Positions 27,601 through 34,963 of a DNA stretch of 64,000 bases are shown here, one piece after another. The notes below the pieces were generated by a model that was given only the letters and a program-made list of their open reading frames with translations, did not search any database and was not told the DNA's origin. The translations under genes were made by a program, and so were the position numbers. The stretch lies in IMG/VR virus record IMGVR_UViG_3300020473_000010, positions 124,001-188,000 of that record. The stretch is one strand, 5' to 3'. The stretch's first letter is position 1; every line of letters starts with the position of its first letter.

Positions 27601-29481
27601 GCCAACAATTTTAATTGCAGCAATTAGACCATTTTTTAATCCTTCCACTAATTCTCCACCGGGGCCTCCCATTCCTCCCATCCATTCTGTAAATGCTTCT
27701 TTAATTTTGTTAAGAAAATTTTCTACTGCCTTTCCAGGATCGGTTTTTAATTCTTCGACCAGCGTACTAAATGCTCCCTCGACTTTTGATAGAAATGCAC
27801 CTATCTTTTCTAGGGAAAGCAATTCTTTAAAGGCTTTAACCATGTTTCCAAAAGGGCCTGACTCTTCAAATAATTTCCCTAATATCTTTCCAACTCTTCG
27901 ACCTGATTTGTAAAAAGCCTTCATGGCCTTTCCAACAGTTTTTAGAATATCTCTAAACCCTTTTGATTTCGAAAGACCATCTCCTACACCTTTTTTCCAA
28001 TTAGCCCAGAAGCCGCCGTCAGATAACTGAGACATGGCCTTGGTTAACTTTTTAATATTATCACCAAGAGACTTCATGGCTTCTTCTGGTGAAATCTGTT
28101 CTTGAGCCGCTTCAGCTTCAGCAGCAATTTCATCAAAGTTCATATCGTCTGTTGGCATTGCCAATGCGTTTTTAAGTTGATCTACTGGCATGCCGCCTAG
28201 AGAATCCGACATAGCTTTTAATTCATGACGATTTAAATCTCCAACTGATTTTCCTGTTTCTTCAAATGCTTTCCGGATCATATCCATTCTTTCGGCTGGA
28301 TTGTCGGCATGCATCATTTCCATGGTATCGATATTCATGCCTAACATTTCGTTTAATTTTCCAGCGGCTTCAGCGGCACCTTCAAACGTGTCAAATTTAT
28401 CCATCAATCCAGTTAACGCTTTGACTTCGACACCTAATTTGGCTGCATAAGTCGAAACAGAAAGAAGAGTTTTAGGAGCAAGATGGCCAAAATTCTCTGT
28501 ATCTTTAGTCATCTCATCGAAGCCTTTGCCAATTGTTTTTGCTGAAACGTCAAACTTCTTTGAGAGACCAACGGTTACTGAGGCAACAGTACCTAATTCT
28601 TTACCCATGTCTTTACCGGTTCTTTTTGCTTCGGCTGCCATTTTTGTCATTGCTTCTGCTGAAATGCCTGTAGCTTTTTGCATATAAGCCATTTCCATTC
28701 CGTTCTCAGCAATTATGTCTTTTAGTAACGTAAATTCGTGTCCAGCACCTTTCGCTATTTCGGCGGCGGCTTTTAATCTATCTGCTAAATTGCCAAAAGT
28801 ACCGTAGACACTTCTCCCGGATTTGGCTAATAACCCTCCAGATTTTGCCATTCCTTTTTGGATATCGAGAACAGCTTTACCTTCGTTGCTAGCCAAAGAA
28901 CCAAATTCTTCTCTAATTCCTTCATATGCTTCTCTTATTTGGGAGCTGCCTTGGTATAATTTATTTGCTGCTTTTGTTAGACCACCCCAAATACCCAAAA
29001 CAGCACCGACAGCCGCTTTCGAAATATCCCATACAGATGTGATTGCGGATGAAACCATATTAAACGATGATTTCATTCCTGCCAAAGCTCCGTTAAGCCC
29101 TGCATAGGCCGCTGAAGCAGCAGCGGCCGCGCCGGCAGACTTCTTAAGCCCTTTGTTCATTGAATTTGTAGATTTACCGGCTGCGGTTGCATTTCCCTGT
29201 AAGGCTTTTATTGCATCATTTAATTCTTGAGTTTTGTCTTTTGATTTACCGGCTTGGTCAGCGGCTTCTTCTAAAGATCCGGCGAAATTCTTAGCACTAC
29301 CGGTACTGGATTCAAACAAGCCTGCTAAGGCTTGGTTTAAAGCATTTGCATTTTGAGATTGACGGCCCATGGCATCCGCGGCGCGGTTACCACTACTGGC
29401 AGAACTTTCCAACAATTTATTAATTGCTGCTAGAAGCTCTGCTTGTTTACCTAGTTCTTCACTATTTTGATTATTAGCCAC
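24631..29481 (-). CDS. tail tape measure protein
   Basis: 1616 aa, Ala/Gly/Lys-rich helical, long hydrophobic central region, FDTFEGAAEAAGKLN, position between tube/chaperones and baseplate. Confidence 0.85.
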   Translation of the reverse strand: MANNQNSEELGKQAELLAAINKLLESSASSGNRAADAMGRQSQNANALNQALAGLFESSTGSAKNFAGSLEEAADQAGKSKDKTQELNDAIKALQGNATAAGKSTNSMNKGLKKSAGAAAAASAAYAGLNGALAGMKSSFNMVSSAITSVWDISKAAVGAVLGIWGGLTKAANKLYQGSSQIREAYEGIREEFGSLASNEGKAVLDIQKGMAKSGGLLAKSGRSVYGTFGNLADRLKAAAEIAKGAGHEFTLLKDIIAENGMEMAYMQKATGISAEAMTKMAAEAKRTGKDMGKELGTVASVTVGLSKKFDVSAKTIGKGFDEMTKDTENFGHLAPKTLLSVSTYAAKLGVEVKALTGLMDKFDTFEGAAEAAGKLNEMLGMNIDTMEMMHADNPAERMDMIRKAFEETGKSVGDLNRHELKAMSDSLGGMPVDQLKNALAMPTDDMNFDEIAAEAEAAQEQISPEEAMKSLGDNIKKLTKAMSQLSDGGFWANWKKGVGDGLSKSKGFRDILKTVGKAMKAFYKSGRRVGKILGKLFEESGPFGNMVKAFKELLSLEKIGAFLSKVEGAFSTLVEELKTDPGKAVENFLNKIKEAFTEWMGGMGGPGGELVEGLKNGLIAAIKIVGDLAPKILSGAAKYIQQFADALGGAFQEGGAVNAAGEGIGGALVEAFNKIKPVVVEQLLPAIGSLFGVLWDLAKPIVMPIVTKMFLFMITKGMVTAMAASLASAGVKAGIELLAKKFSGQVAQVGAPPKPPAGTGNLGAAAEGQGSFITALADINPKDIMKATVNLALMGAGFVTAAAAVVLVMGTVFFGAIAATGLGPAEWLLMGLVMIQIAAAMVGAYAMIKGGEKIGEIPKSAYGQAAIGLAAAAGVIALAAPVFVAALAVFGYAVSKLNLDWLQIGEAMAGLIIAVIAGGLMIGAAALVGPLVSGPQLAIILAGLAGLAVAIAIGASALVLALKLFGIAVSKMNLDWAQIGEAMAGLGVAVTAAGGLILASLGVGALVMGPQLAVIGAGFVALAAALVLGMPVMVGGLWVVQKAAEKADLNFDLLEKLLPLVGQVLLVMVGMLWASVKVGAFFTNPLSAVAFGATAIAGYAMLHLFFKKAFPMLLDVLKKINDIKVADPKSLETKVTVLEKIMKAMMPMVDVGMRAAEFAERNASTGWGPWKKTDTKKMGKIMDKIQDFTTGVLKSVKGVIDSIKDLITVFAGMTPEQMEKMSVVADILGAVSKLAAGMIGPMASISKLPKEAFEGGADVAEIARAMGDAVKMILDSVGDNMKDIINKVINIAKGIKNPKELKPKMDMVVAAMSALAQLFSGIGQVMAMMTGKKLESRISGYEEGMINDAYTYEQVEVETFDKGGQKLKDALALMSTLFQGSFLRQMKTIFKGMETIANSITVKKEGVGAALDAVGMIPGITAGIQGVAKAELPSLTKIRYAFMVVSAYICEMAKVFQDVQTNQTLFEGGMRGLEFIDKATETFTKIFKVGKINALFEGTAAFVKQYNKAWDTFSTPSYIAEEILYEASEVARLMGDVDLGETSTHLIKKYGNILGVNNKDGNEVTVTAKGVNVKLSLNVSMDSRDVASILSKGFNGDSYFEMNPDERVWSYMENH
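26524..26773. repeat. 25-bp direct repeat (26524-26548 and 26749-26773) marking a 75-aa internal repeat in the tape measure
   Basis: tccagccatggcttcacctatttgg twice, 225 bp apart; protein NLDWxQIGEAMAGL twice. Confidence 0.85.
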
Positions 29482-29556
29482 TTAACGATCCCAAATACAA
29501 AAAAGACTCACTAGATAAATATCTGTGAGCAGAAAATTCCTTAATATTAGTTAATA

Positions 29557-29799
29557 TTATAGCGGCCAGGTTTTACCTGTTTCTTCCTTGTATTTTTTTG
29601 CGGAGAAGTTTTTTGCTTCTACTAATCTTTCGATTTCAACTAGTTTTATTTTTGGATCGTTTAGTCCTTCGTAAAGTTTTTTGCTTGCTACTAGTACCTT
29701 TACGAATGATTCTGCTAGTTTTTTTGGACCGTTGAGAGTTAGTTTTTCTCTTCTTCCTGTGATGAACATCACACTTTCTTTCATCAGGCTTTTTTTCAT
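29557..29799 (-). CDS. hypothetical protein
   Basis: GGAGG SD inside upstream ORF; ends GKTWPL. Confidence 0.7.
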   Translation of the reverse strand: MKKSLMKESVMFITGRREKLTLNGPKKLAESFVKVLVASKKLYEGLNDPKIKLVEIERLVEAKNFSAKKYKEETGKTWPL

Positions 29800-30046
29800 T
29801 TGGATCCTCCGGAATATCTCGATGATAATTATGCGGTTTCTCCCATTTTTGCCCTTTTAATTCTTTTTCTTCCCAAGCAGCGTTGTTTTCCCAGACAATA
29901 TAAAATTTTGAATCAGCTGATTCCATTACTTGAACCGCTGATTCTCTAGGGTGGACTGCAGTAATTGTGCCATATTTTGGCTTAGATTCTCCACGGAGAA
30001 GAAAATAACAACAATCTCCAATATCTGCTTCTAAACTATTAATCAT
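29636..30046 (-). CDS. SH3/KOW-like small protein, predicted leaderless
   Basis: ADIGDCCYF...KYGTITAV; ATGAAC-17-TATAAT-6 nt-ATG. Confidence 0.6.
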   Translation of the reverse strand: MINSLEADIGDCCYFLLRGESKPKYGTITAVHPRESAVQVMESADSKFYIVWENNAAWEEKELKGQKWEKPHNYHRDIPEDPNEKKPDERKCDVHHRKKRKTNSQRSKKTSRIIRKGTSSKQKTLRRTKRSKNKTS

Positions 30047-30077
30047 GTATATATTATACTAGCACTTATTTGAATGT

Positions 30078-30335
30078 TCATGCTGATTTTTTATTAGAAC
30101 AATTTGAGTCTGTAATAACTTCATGGTTTCTTCTGAAATCAGATTGTTTATATGTTCTTTCCGTGCCATCATCATGCCAACATACACGAATAGCTGTGGC
30201 AGCAGTAGCATAATCTCCACCACCATATCTCATTGCTTCCCAGTCTGAAGCATCTCTGAACAACTTTGTAAAGATGTTCATGATTGTTCCGGTTTTTCCG
30301 GAATGTTTATGTTTTACTAAATCACCGATTTTCAT
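30078..30335 (-). CDS. SH3/KOW-like small protein
   Basis: MKIGDLVKHKHSGKTGTI...IRVCWHDDG; AGGAG SD. Confidence 0.7.
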   Translation of the reverse strand: MKIGDLVKHKHSGKTGTIMNIFTKLFRDASDWEAMRYGGGDYATAATAIRVCWHDDGTERTYKQSDFRRNHEVITDSNCSNKKSA

Positions 30336-30349
30336 TTTTTACTCCTAAA

Positions 30350-30427
30350 TTATTTTGTAGTTGATGAGTCTTCTAGTTTTCCAAAGAACCAATAGAAAAA
30401 GACAAAGAGAAGAAACCAAAGTATCAT
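30350..30427 (-). CDS. 25-aa membrane micropeptide (not in ORF track)
   Basis: MILWFLLFVFFYWFFGKLEDSSTTK; ATGA overlap with upstream gene, fills the gap exactly. Confidence 0.5.
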   Translation of the reverse strand: MILWFLLFVFFYWFFGKLEDSSTTK

Positions 30428-30579
30428 TTTCTATTCCTGGTTGCAAGTTTTTTCTTATCTTGGTATGTTTCGTAAATACAGAATATCCCTAGCATAAGAA
30501 AAGCCGGCCAAAAATTATAGGCTATTAAAGCCAAAGCCTTAAGAACAATTATAAGATTTTCTATTGTCATATTTTCCAT
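30424..30579 (-). CDS. small membrane protein
   Basis: MENMTIENLIIVLKALALIAYNFWPAFLMLGIFCIY; TAATG coupling, GAGG SD. Confidence 0.6.
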   Translation of the reverse strand: MENMTIENLIIVLKALALIAYNFWPAFLMLGIFCIYETYQDKKKLATRNRK

Positions 30580-31052
30580 TAAGATACCCTCATTGTGTTG
30601 GTCCAGATGCATTCTCTTCGGCCATATCTGTCAGGCTCTCCAAGAGTATAAGCAACTCCATGCCAAAGACCATCTCGGCAGTATCCGGGCCAGCCAGAGC
30701 CATCTGGAGCCATCATAAAATCTGAGTTAGCTTCCATAATACCATATCCATGCCGGTTTCCACAGCGAACTCTGGTACCATCGGGATTAGTATAATCCAG
30801 AAACTCAAAGTCAATATAAACATCACCTCGGCCTTCATGATCATAACTGGCATTCAAGGTTGTCTCCTTCACAGAAAGAAGCCGAACTCTTGCGCCTGCA
30901 GGAATAGTCATCTCTTCATAGCCGCAATATCCATAACGATTAGCTATAACCTCTCTGGCGGTATGGACAATATCCCCCACCTTAAATCCGTACTTATTAT
31001 CGTCGTTGACGCCGTGATTGTAGAGGGAAAGATATTTTTTTGTATTAAACAC
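30579..31052 (-). CDS. hypothetical protein with SH3-like segment (start probably GTG 31052)
   Basis: FKVGDIVHT; GGAG SD; ORF-track start overlaps the promoter at 31073-31111. Confidence 0.65.
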   Translation of the reverse strand: MFNTKKYLSLYNHGVNDDNKYGFKVGDIVHTAREVIANRYGYCGYEEMTIPAGARVRLLSVKETTLNASYDHEGRGDVYIDFEFLDYTNPDGTRVRCGNRHGYGIMEANSDFMMAPDGSGWPGYCRDGLWHGVAYTLGEPDRYGRRECIWTNTMRVS

Positions 31053-31072
31053 ATATGCTCCGTGGTTGGTAG

Positions 31073-31113
31073 TTACATATATAATGTATCCCATTAATGG
31101 GTTGACTACACAG
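31073..31113 (-). promoter_or_regulatory. repeated early promoter, copy 2
   Basis: TGTGTAG-17-TACATTATATATGTAA, same elements as 32044-32083. Confidence 0.7.
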
Positions 31114-31127
31114 GTTTTAAGATTTTA

Positions 31128-31337
31128 TTATTCAATAATTTCGTACTGCTGGAGTAACGCTTTTCCTTTTCCTGTAATATAAATTCGATTATCTTTTTCT
31201 TCATCAACTAAAAATTCTGCCAATTTAATATCGATGAGATATTCAACAATTTCAATAGAATATTTTTCTTCGATATCTTCAATGTAAGGTAGTTCTTCAA
31301 TATAAATTTCCTCTAGAGCGTTGAGAGCTTGTTTCAT
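31128..31337 (-). CDS. small hypothetical, possible winged helix
   Basis: IYITGKGKALL. Confidence 0.6.
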   Translation of the reverse strand: MKQALNALEEIYIEELPYIEDIEEKYSIEIVEYLIDIKLAEFLVDEEKDNRIYITGKGKALLQQYEIIE

Positions 31338-31509
31338 TTTTTTCCTTTCGTTTAATAGTTTCTATGAGGTTTGATTGAATTGTTGAAATTTTATTTTCTG
31401 GATACCACATCACTTCAGAGCATGTGTATTTTTTATCGAATGTTCTGTATCCAATAAACATTCCATATTTTTGGGTTGTTTTGTTTTTAATTAGATCACC
31501 TGGCTTCAT
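31297..31509 (-). CDS. SH3/KOW-like small protein
   Basis: MKPGDLIKNK...YGMFIG...EVMWY. Confidence 0.65.
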   Translation of the reverse strand: MKPGDLIKNKTTQKYGMFIGYRTFDKKYTCSEVMWYPENKISTIQSNLIETIKRKEKNETSSQRSRGNLY

Positions 31510-31684
31510 TAATTATCTCTAAGCTTCTTGCCATTTTAGTTCTTATCTTGCCATCGCTGAAAAGTATTCTAAATGCTTTCCCTTTATTATGTGTTGTTCT
31601 CGAGAAGTCTTCTAGCACAACTCCAATCATTCCTGGGTGAGAATGATGCTCATTTTTAACTTTTACAATATCACCGACTTTCAT
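31496..31684 (-). CDS. SH3/KOW-like small protein
   Basis: MKVGDIVKVK...GMIGVVLE...FRILFSDG...SLEII. Confidence 0.7.
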   Translation of the reverse strand: MKVGDIVKVKNEHHSHPGMIGVVLEDFSRTTHNKGKAFRILFSDGKIRTKMARSLEIINEAR

Positions 31685-31799
31685 CTTTTCTTTCCAAATT
31701 GATTATTAGGTGTCTATTTTTTTTAGTAATCCGGATGGCATTTTTGTTTATTGACTCTTGGATATCCCAAAGAATCATCAATTTTTCAAATTTACTCAT
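31671..31799 (-). CDS. 42-aa hypothetical protein (not in ORF track)
   Basis: MSKFEKLMILWDIQESINKNAIRITKKNRHLIINLERKDESR; TAATG coupling to upstream gene. Confidence 0.45.
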   Translation of the reverse strand: MSKFEKLMILWDIQESINKNAIRITKKNRHLIINLERKDESR

Positions 31800-32023
31800 T
31801 ATTCTAAAAGTCCTTCTTTGCGGGCCCATTTTACAAAGCGTTTCTTGCCAGCTGTTGTTATTATAAGGCCCCTGTTTTTATTTTCGTTATTTGTCCTCTT
31901 GATAGCTCCAACTTGCGTCAAGGCAACCAAATCAAAAGGGTCCATTTCTCTCTTGAGGAGTTTTTCGTTGTTAATTAACTTGACAAGGATGATTGCATGT
32001 TGGTGAGTCATTGGGAATCGCAT
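31799..32023 (-). CDS. small hypothetical, possible winged helix
   Basis: LIITTAGKKRF; directly downstream of repeated promoter. Confidence 0.6.
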   Translation of the reverse strand: MRFPMTHQHAIILVKLINNEKLLKREMDPFDLVALTQVGAIKRTNNENKNRGLIITTAGKKRFVKWARKEGLLE

Positions 32024-32043
32024 AATAGTTCCTTTGTTTTTTC

Positions 32044-32083
32044 TTACATATATAATGTAACCCTCTAGAGTGTTTTCTACACA
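32044..32083 (-). promoter_or_regulatory. repeated early promoter, copy 1
   Basis: TGTGTAG-17-TACATTATATATGTAA. Confidence 0.7.
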
Positions 32084-32096
32084 TATTTTTAGAATT

Positions 32097-32123
32097 AAAA
32101 AACGCGGGCAGAGCCCGCGTTTT
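32097..32123. terminator. intrinsic terminator (potentially bidirectional)
   Basis: AAAACGCGGGC-AGA-GCCCGCGTTTT. Confidence 0.9.
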
Positions 32124-32145
32124 AAAATAGAACTATCTTATTTTT

Positions 32146-32388
32146 TTAAGAATTAAGAGTTTTTCCTAGGAAGGCATAAAGAGCTTTGGCTTCCTTTACA
32201 GTCATAGTAACTGTTCCTGGAACTTCATTTGCTTGAAAGCTATAGCCACGACCAGATGTGTCATAATCCTTAGATCGGATTGTTACAGTATTGGCGGCAG
32301 CTTGATGTGAACGAGGGTTACGGTTAACGTGGAAATCGAAACGCTTAGTGGACTTCTTACGATTGATAGTTTTTGCTGGTGTACTCAT
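32146..32388 (-). CDS. stand-alone small basic protein, possible nucleic-acid binder
   Basis: own promoter TTGTAA-17-TAATAT (32462-32434), AGGAG SD, own terminator. Confidence 0.75.
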   Translation of the reverse strand: MSTPAKTINRKKSTKRFDFHVNRNPRSHQAAANTVTIRSKDYDTSGRGYSFQANEVPGTVTMTVKEAKALYAFLGKTLNS

Positions 32389-32480
32389 TTGTTCTCCTAA
32401 ATAAACATGAATAGTCCGTCGTTGGACATTAATATATTACATAGATTAGCTGGTGTTTACAAATGTTTTTTAAAATATTT

Positions 32481-32687
32481 TTAATTATTATCTATTATTT
32501 TTTCTAGCTTGTCTAGAGCGCGCTGAACGCTTTGTAGCGAGAGACATATATCATTGTGTATGGATTCTCCTAAAGTGTTGAGGCGTTGGCGGAGGAGTGT
32601 TCTTTCAACGCCTTTTAATGCTAAGAAGGACTTACTTGCTTCTTCTTTGGTCATATGCCACCTTATCTCTAATATAACGCCAGACAA
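32481..32687 (-). CDS. hypothetical protein
   Basis: helical ORF; start probably internal MTKEE. Confidence 0.55.
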   Translation of the reverse strand: MSGVILEIRWHMTKEEASKSFLALKGVERTLLRQRLNTLGESIHNDICLSLQSVQRALDKLEKIIDNN

Positions 32688-33003
32688 TCCATTTTCTATT
32701 TTTCATTTGAATTGGAGATGGGTTTGCGTTTTTGGCGCCATAAAGATTGTTAAAGTTCTTTTTTGGTATATGGGAACAATATTTTTTTGATGCCTTTCGC
32801 CATTGTTTACGAAACTTTCTCTTTGTATTTCGATCTTCTTTGTGAATCACTTCATTTAAAGGTTGGGTTTTTTTATTAGGAAAAAAAGGAACCAATCCTA
32901 GTCTAAGGTATTCTAGAACAACTAATCCGTCTAATGTTCTTTGATCCATGATTCCGCCGGGAAAGTTACTTAATTGGCCCTTCGAACCCAGCCAATTGTT
33001 CAC
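32632..33003 (-). CDS. basic hypothetical protein
   Basis: K/R-rich, KRKFRKQWRK. Confidence 0.6.
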   Translation of the reverse strand: MNNWLGSKGQLSNFPGGIMDQRTLDGLVVLEYLRLGLVPFFPNKKTQPLNEVIHKEDRNTKRKFRKQWRKASKKYCSHIPKKNFNNLYGAKNANPSPIQMKNRKWIVWRYIRDKVAYDQRRSK

Positions 33004-33114
33004 CTATGTAGTTTTATTAATAATAATGTTATCTATTTATTTTTTTAACTGATGTTAAAAAGAAATATTCGAAGTAATTTAAATTTATCCTTTTAAATAA
33101 ATATGTACAAATTA

Positions 33115-33333
33115 TTACGTAAACCTTCTCAATTTAGCCGGTACTTGCGACCTATGTCTCCCCATCATTTCTCTAGCGGATGATTGATTGTGATGAGCTG
33201 CCCTTGATGGTGCTTCATGACCTTTATCTTGCGATCTTTTAATTTCGTCATTTAAACGTGTAATAAACCATTTTCTTTGCCAGATAGGAATATTATATGC
33301 TTCTTTATAGGTAAAGCCCATATAGTACATCAT
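33115..33333 (-). CDS. tail/baseplate assembly chaperone, second ORF (probably reached by frameshift)
   Basis: GFTYKEAYNIPIWQRKWFI; frame open upstream through the U7 run at 33382-33388; no good SD. Confidence 0.75.
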   Translation of the reverse strand: MMYYMGFTYKEAYNIPIWQRKWFITRLNDEIKRSQDKGHEAPSRAAHHNQSSAREMMGRHRSQVPAKLRRFT

Positions 33334-33364
33334 TAAGAAAATATGCTCTAGATAAATTTCTTTA

Positions 33365-34225
33365 TCAGTCGGCCTCAGGCCAAAAAAACGATGCCCCTAG
33401 CGGCATGCCCACCTCCGATTCCTCGAAACAGTGAGGGCATTGCATGCGGGCTTTCATCTCAATACCTGGTTCATTATCGTCCATATGTTTTCTAAGTGCT
33501 CTAGAGATTCTAGTTGGCATTTTTTGTACAAACATAGAGATTTTTGTTCGATCTGTGATATCATTAACAGCTACTACTTGGTTTAAATACCTTGTAGTAA
33601 TTAAATTATCTGACTGAAAACCTTGTTTCTTTTTTCTTTCAGTTGCTTGCGTAATTGCGGCCTCGTCAGCACCGGTTAGATATCGATATCGAATAGTAAT
33701 TTTATCATCGATCTTGCATTCGAATACATTTGCTCCATCAGCAATCGGTGGAGATTTTAATCTATTAATTGGTAATTCTGACAGATTAAAATCTTGTTTT
33801 GATTTTTCTCCGCAAGAAGGGCAACCTACTTCAACCTGATAAGAAGCACCATAGCCAGTAATTCTCAATGCTGTCATAATTGCATTTCGATCACCAATAA
33901 GCAAATCTTGAGGATTTACTCTTTTATCAACAATGCATGACCTTAAAAGTTCAGTAATAACTGTACCTTTTTTAATTAAAGCCTTACTGGTAAGAATATC
34001 TTCTTCTCGAGCAGTCATTGCTCTGATTTCAACTGTTTCCTGATTATAAAGAGGATGGTCAGCTTGATAGACTGCTCCTTTACTTGGTAAAGGTACAGAC
34101 TCTGTAGGTATATCAAGACCGAATTCGTCTTTCATTATATTTCCGACTGGTCCTGCCCAGCCTTGGGCTTGAGATTCCCCCGAGGAACCTTGGAAAACGT
34201 CATTTCCTTTTCGTTTCTTGGCCAT
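33365..34225 (-). CDS. tail assembly chaperone / T4 gp26-like hub assembly protein
   Basis: VPLPSKG, MTAREEDILTS, DLLIGDRNAI, two CxxC motifs, ends SFFWP; follows tail tube. Confidence 0.8.
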   Translation of the reverse strand: MAKKRKGNDVFQGSSGESQAQGWAGPVGNIMKDEFGLDIPTESVPLPSKGAVYQADHPLYNQETVEIRAMTAREEDILTSKALIKKGTVITELLRSCIVDKRVNPQDLLIGDRNAIMTALRITGYGASYQVEVGCPSCGEKSKQDFNLSELPINRLKSPPIADGANVFECKIDDKITIRYRYLTGADEAAITQATERKKKQGFQSDNLITTRYLNQVVAVNDITDRTKISMFVQKMPTRISRALRKHMDDNEPGIEMKARMQCPHCFEESEVGMPLGASFFWPEAD

Positions 34226-34302
34226 TATTTCTCCATAACTTTTTTTTAACGAAATTAATTTTTTTAACTAAACTGAACTGATACTAATAAGTATGCATGA
34301 AT

Positions 34303-34333
34303 AAAAAATCCCTATAGTCAATCTATAGGGATA
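34303..34333 (-). terminator. intrinsic terminator after tail tube
   Basis: ATCCCTATAG-ATTGA-CTATAGGGAT-TTTTT. Confidence 0.85.
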
Positions 34334-34430
34334 ATTCATATTTGTATACAAATGATTGGAAAAAATTGAAATATGTACAGCAGTGGTATTAAACCAACTG
34401 CTGAACTTGTTTTTTATTATTTCAATTTTA

Positions 34431-34919
34431 TTAGTATTGAAGGACGCAATTATCGAATCTAATAGACAAACTAATTTCCATAGGTGCGCCATCCTCATAG
34501 GAAAGATCACCGAAAGAAGCGTTTGTCAAGAAACAACCTTTGATGTCCCAAAGTTCAATTACTGTTCCAATAGGATCAACTAATTTAAGTTGGCAGTCTC
34601 TTTTGTAAAAGTCTGCATAACCAGCTCGACCTGATACAGATTCGTAATGAGTACGAACCCACTCCATCACCTGTTGAGCTCCAGATGGAGCAATAGGATC
34701 GTGAAGAGTCACACTCAAGGCATCAAAGTTAGCCTTTCCTGCGACATATCGTCTACTGTTCATAAATTGAATTTCTTGTTCTTCAATTGTAATATTAGGA
34801 CGTGCAGCAGTTTTGATCAAGAAAGAATCCAGACCTTCGATGGCGAAGATCCACCTATTCTTTCTTTTAGGTTCAAATTTGTTGGGTAGCATGTCCTGTA
34901 CGGATAAAGTTTCAGCCAT
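34431..34919 (-). CDS. tail tube protein (gp19-like)
   Basis: FEPKRKNRW, ARPNI, LHDPIAPSGAQQVMEW, GYADFYKRD, WDIKGCF; follows sheaths. Confidence 0.88.
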   Translation of the reverse strand: MAETLSVQDMLPNKFEPKRKNRWIFAIEGLDSFLIKTAARPNITIEEQEIQFMNSRRYVAGKANFDALSVTLHDPIAPSGAQQVMEWVRTHYESVSGRAGYADFYKRDCQLKLVDPIGTVIELWDIKGCFLTNASFGDLSYEDGAPMEISLSIRFDNCVLQY

Positions 34920-34963
34920 TTTTTAACTCCTGTCAATATGCTTTATAATAACTATTACGTTCC

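Noticed and set aside
29636-29799. K/R-rich tail of the 29636-30046 ORF as a functional basic domain
   Set aside because: It coincides with a 164-nt overlap with the next gene and is probably off-frame run-on sequence.
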